A stretch of DNA of 7,224 nucleotides from Promethearchaeia archaeon (GTDB lineage: Archaea; Asgardarchaeota; Lokiarchaeia; Sigyniarchaeales; SOKP01): positions 1 to 7,224 of the forward strand of contig JAWOFX010000153.1 of NCBI GenBank assembly GCA_046497275.1. The letters are read 5' to 3'. Numbering within the stretch: the stretch's first letter is position 1; every line of letters begins with the position of its first letter. Of the stretch, positions 6,216 to 7,224 are shown one piece after another. The notes below the pieces were generated by a model. It worked only from the letters and a program-made list of their open reading frames with translations. It was not told the origin of the DNA and did not search any database. The position numbers and the translations under genes were made by a program.

Positions 6216-6220
6216 GAATC

Positions 6221-6331
6221 ATGAAGAAAAAAACTATTGCAATATTAGCCTTAATGCTGGTTGTAGCGTATGGGTTAAGTTTGGCAACAGCAGGAGTAAG
6301 TTATCCTGGCTGCTCAGAAAGTGGACCCTAA
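6221..6331 (+). CDS. Small secreted-peptide precursor, 36 aa: MKKKTIAILALMLVVAYGLSLATA|GVSYPGCSESGP (absent from the ORF track)
   Basis: Basic n-region (MKKK), hydrophobic h-region (IAILALMLVVAYGL) and A-T-A SPase I site. G+C is 45/111 (~41%) against ~20-21% in 100-nt samples of each flank (hand count). It has its own TATA box and terminator. Confidence 0.75.
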   Translation: MKKKTIAILALMLVVAYGLSLATAGVSYPGCSESGP

Positions 6332-6332
6332 G

Positions 6333-6374
6333 CTGATATAATAAATCAGTGGTATAATTTTCTTTTTTTATTTT
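6333..6374 (+). terminator. Hairpin plus T-tract terminator after the peptide gene
   Basis: CTGAT(6333-6337)-ataataa-ATCAG(6345-6349), then ttttcttttttta-tttta. Confidence 0.6.
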
Positions 6375-6737
6375 ATTAAAAAGCTACTTTCTCTTTTAAT
6401 TTTGAATGAATGAATTAAACCCAACTAGATATAACCCATAAATAAAGATAAATCTAACTTATTAAGTTTTTATCTGAATGTATCAACTTAAATAAGCATA
6501 TCTCTTTATATATTTTCCAAAATAAATACATATAGCCTAAAAACCTTAAAATTAAATTCCGTTTATAAAAAAAGTGCTAAAAGTATACTAACAATTCAAA
6601 CAATTAATTTTTAATAGAATAGAGTTGAATCTGTCGCGCTTCTTGATATTTTTTAAATATAGAGGAATCACCTATTTTATCCTCTCTTTATATTTTTCTT
6701 TAGAAAAATAGTAAAATGCTTTTATTCATCAGTTTGT

Positions 6738-6752
6738 AAAAAGATTTAAAAA
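6738..6752 (+). promoter_or_regulatory. BRE/TATA promoter of the histone gene
   Basis: AAAAAGA-TTTAAAAA (TATA at 6745-6752) predicts a start site near 6776. SD AGAGGA is at 6812-6817, 7 nt before the ATG. Confidence 0.6.
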
Positions 6753-6824
6753 CTCACAAAATAATAATTAATTTAAGTTTCAGTAAAATCTAACTAAATT
6801 CTAATAAAATAAGAGGAATAAATT

Positions 6825-7019
6825 ATGGCGAAGAAAAAAGTTGAACCGCTTTATGTAAAATCAAAAATTAGAGATTATCTCAAATCGAAGGGCTGCAACA
6901 CAAGCTCAGGAGTCATCGATGGAGAGAAACTTAATACTCGTATAATCGAGATACTTGACAGAGCAGTAGACCGAGCGAAGAAAAACGGCAGAAAGACGGT
7001 TAAACCGAGGGACATATAA
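6825..7019 (+). CDS. Histone-fold protein, short-alpha3 class (face-to-face / Bd0055-like prokaryotic histone), 64 aa
   Basis: RAKKNGRKTVKPRDI contains the L2 R-x-T-x-x-x-x-D motif (R56, T58, D63), and the protein ends one residue after the Asp. LYVKSKIRDYLKSKGCNTS forms alpha1/L1. 18 K+R versus 8 D+E. Confidence 0.85.
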   Translation: MAKKKVEPLYVKSKIRDYLKSKGCNTSSGVIDGEKLNTRIIEILDRAVDRAKKNGRKTVKPRDI

Positions 7020-7034
7020 TTTAAGATTAAATTA

Positions 7035-7067
7035 TCTTTTTTTTCTTTTAATATCTCTTTTTTTTTA
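7035..7067 (+). terminator. Double oligo-T terminator after the histone gene
   Basis: T8-c-T4 and T9 runs begin about 17 nt after the stop. Confidence 0.7.
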
Positions 7068-7113
7068 ATTAAATTGGCAATATTAGGGAAATCCGCAGAA
7101 TAAACAAGAATTA

Positions 7114-7224
7114 TTATTTTTGTTGTTTTATTAATTCTTTAATATTTTTCTCAGTAACCTCTATTTCATTTTTAATTATTTTGAGATATGAATCCATTGA
7201 ATCAAGGCGCGAAAATGTTCTACT
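7114..7224 (-). CDS. 3' end (36 aa) of an unidentified gene entering from the right edge; coiled-coil-like C-terminus
   Basis: Open frame SRTFSRLDSMDSYLKIIKNEIEVTEKNIKELIKQQK followed by tandem TAA TAA (7116-7111), with a heptad-like hydrophobic pattern. The fragment is too short to assign. Confidence 0.6.
   Translation of the reverse strand, partial: SRTFSRLDSMDSYLKIIKNEIEVTEKNIKELIKQQK

Noticed and set aside
6302-6313. Lipoprotein lipobox at the peptide's Cys (YPGC)
   Set aside because: It does not fit [LVI][ASTVI][GAS]C and lies seven residues past the AxA site, so SPase I cleavage is preferred.
6270-6331. GC island as a tRNA, SRP or other ncRNA (hairpin CAGCAGGA/TCCTGGCTG at 6288-6312)
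   Set aside because: No T-loop GTTCRA, cloverleaf or SRP helix-8 motif. The GC rise is explained by the ORF, although an Rfam scan has not been run.
6214-6336. Overlapping 40-aa ORF MNHEEKNYCNISL... in a different frame from the peptide gene
   Set aside because: No recognisable features, and its ATG lies within the palindrome arm. The 6221 frame gives a coherent signal peptide.

Overview
AT-rich archaeal chromosomal window. I infer Asgard (Lokiarchaeia/Promethearchaeota-like) origin from the ER-type Sec11 signal peptidase, Alba, a histone-fold gene, a thiolase+DUF35 pair, TATA/BRE promoters and oligo-T terminators; this has not been checked by a database search. Left half is acyl-CoA metabolism: the 3' end of an acetyl-CoA synthetase-like gene, a MaoC/PhaJ (R)-hydratase, a DUF998-like membrane gene split by a -1 frameshift in an A7 run, and a thiolase with its Zn-ribbon/OB-fold (DUF35) partner. 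Right half is secretion/maturation plus chromatin: a doubly membrane-anchored M28 enzyme with type II glutaminyl-cyclase signatures next to a Sec11 signal peptidase I, then Alba, then a short-alpha3 histone. The main find was missed by the ORF track: a 36-codon gene (6221-6331) between alba and the histone. It encodes a textbook Sec/SPase I signal peptide followed by only 12 residues (GVSYPGCSESGP). It has a TATA box, a perfect 8+8 bp palindrome over the predicted start site and a terminator, which makes it a candidate secreted signalling-peptide precursor. No rRNA, tRNA, CRISPR array or mobile element was found.
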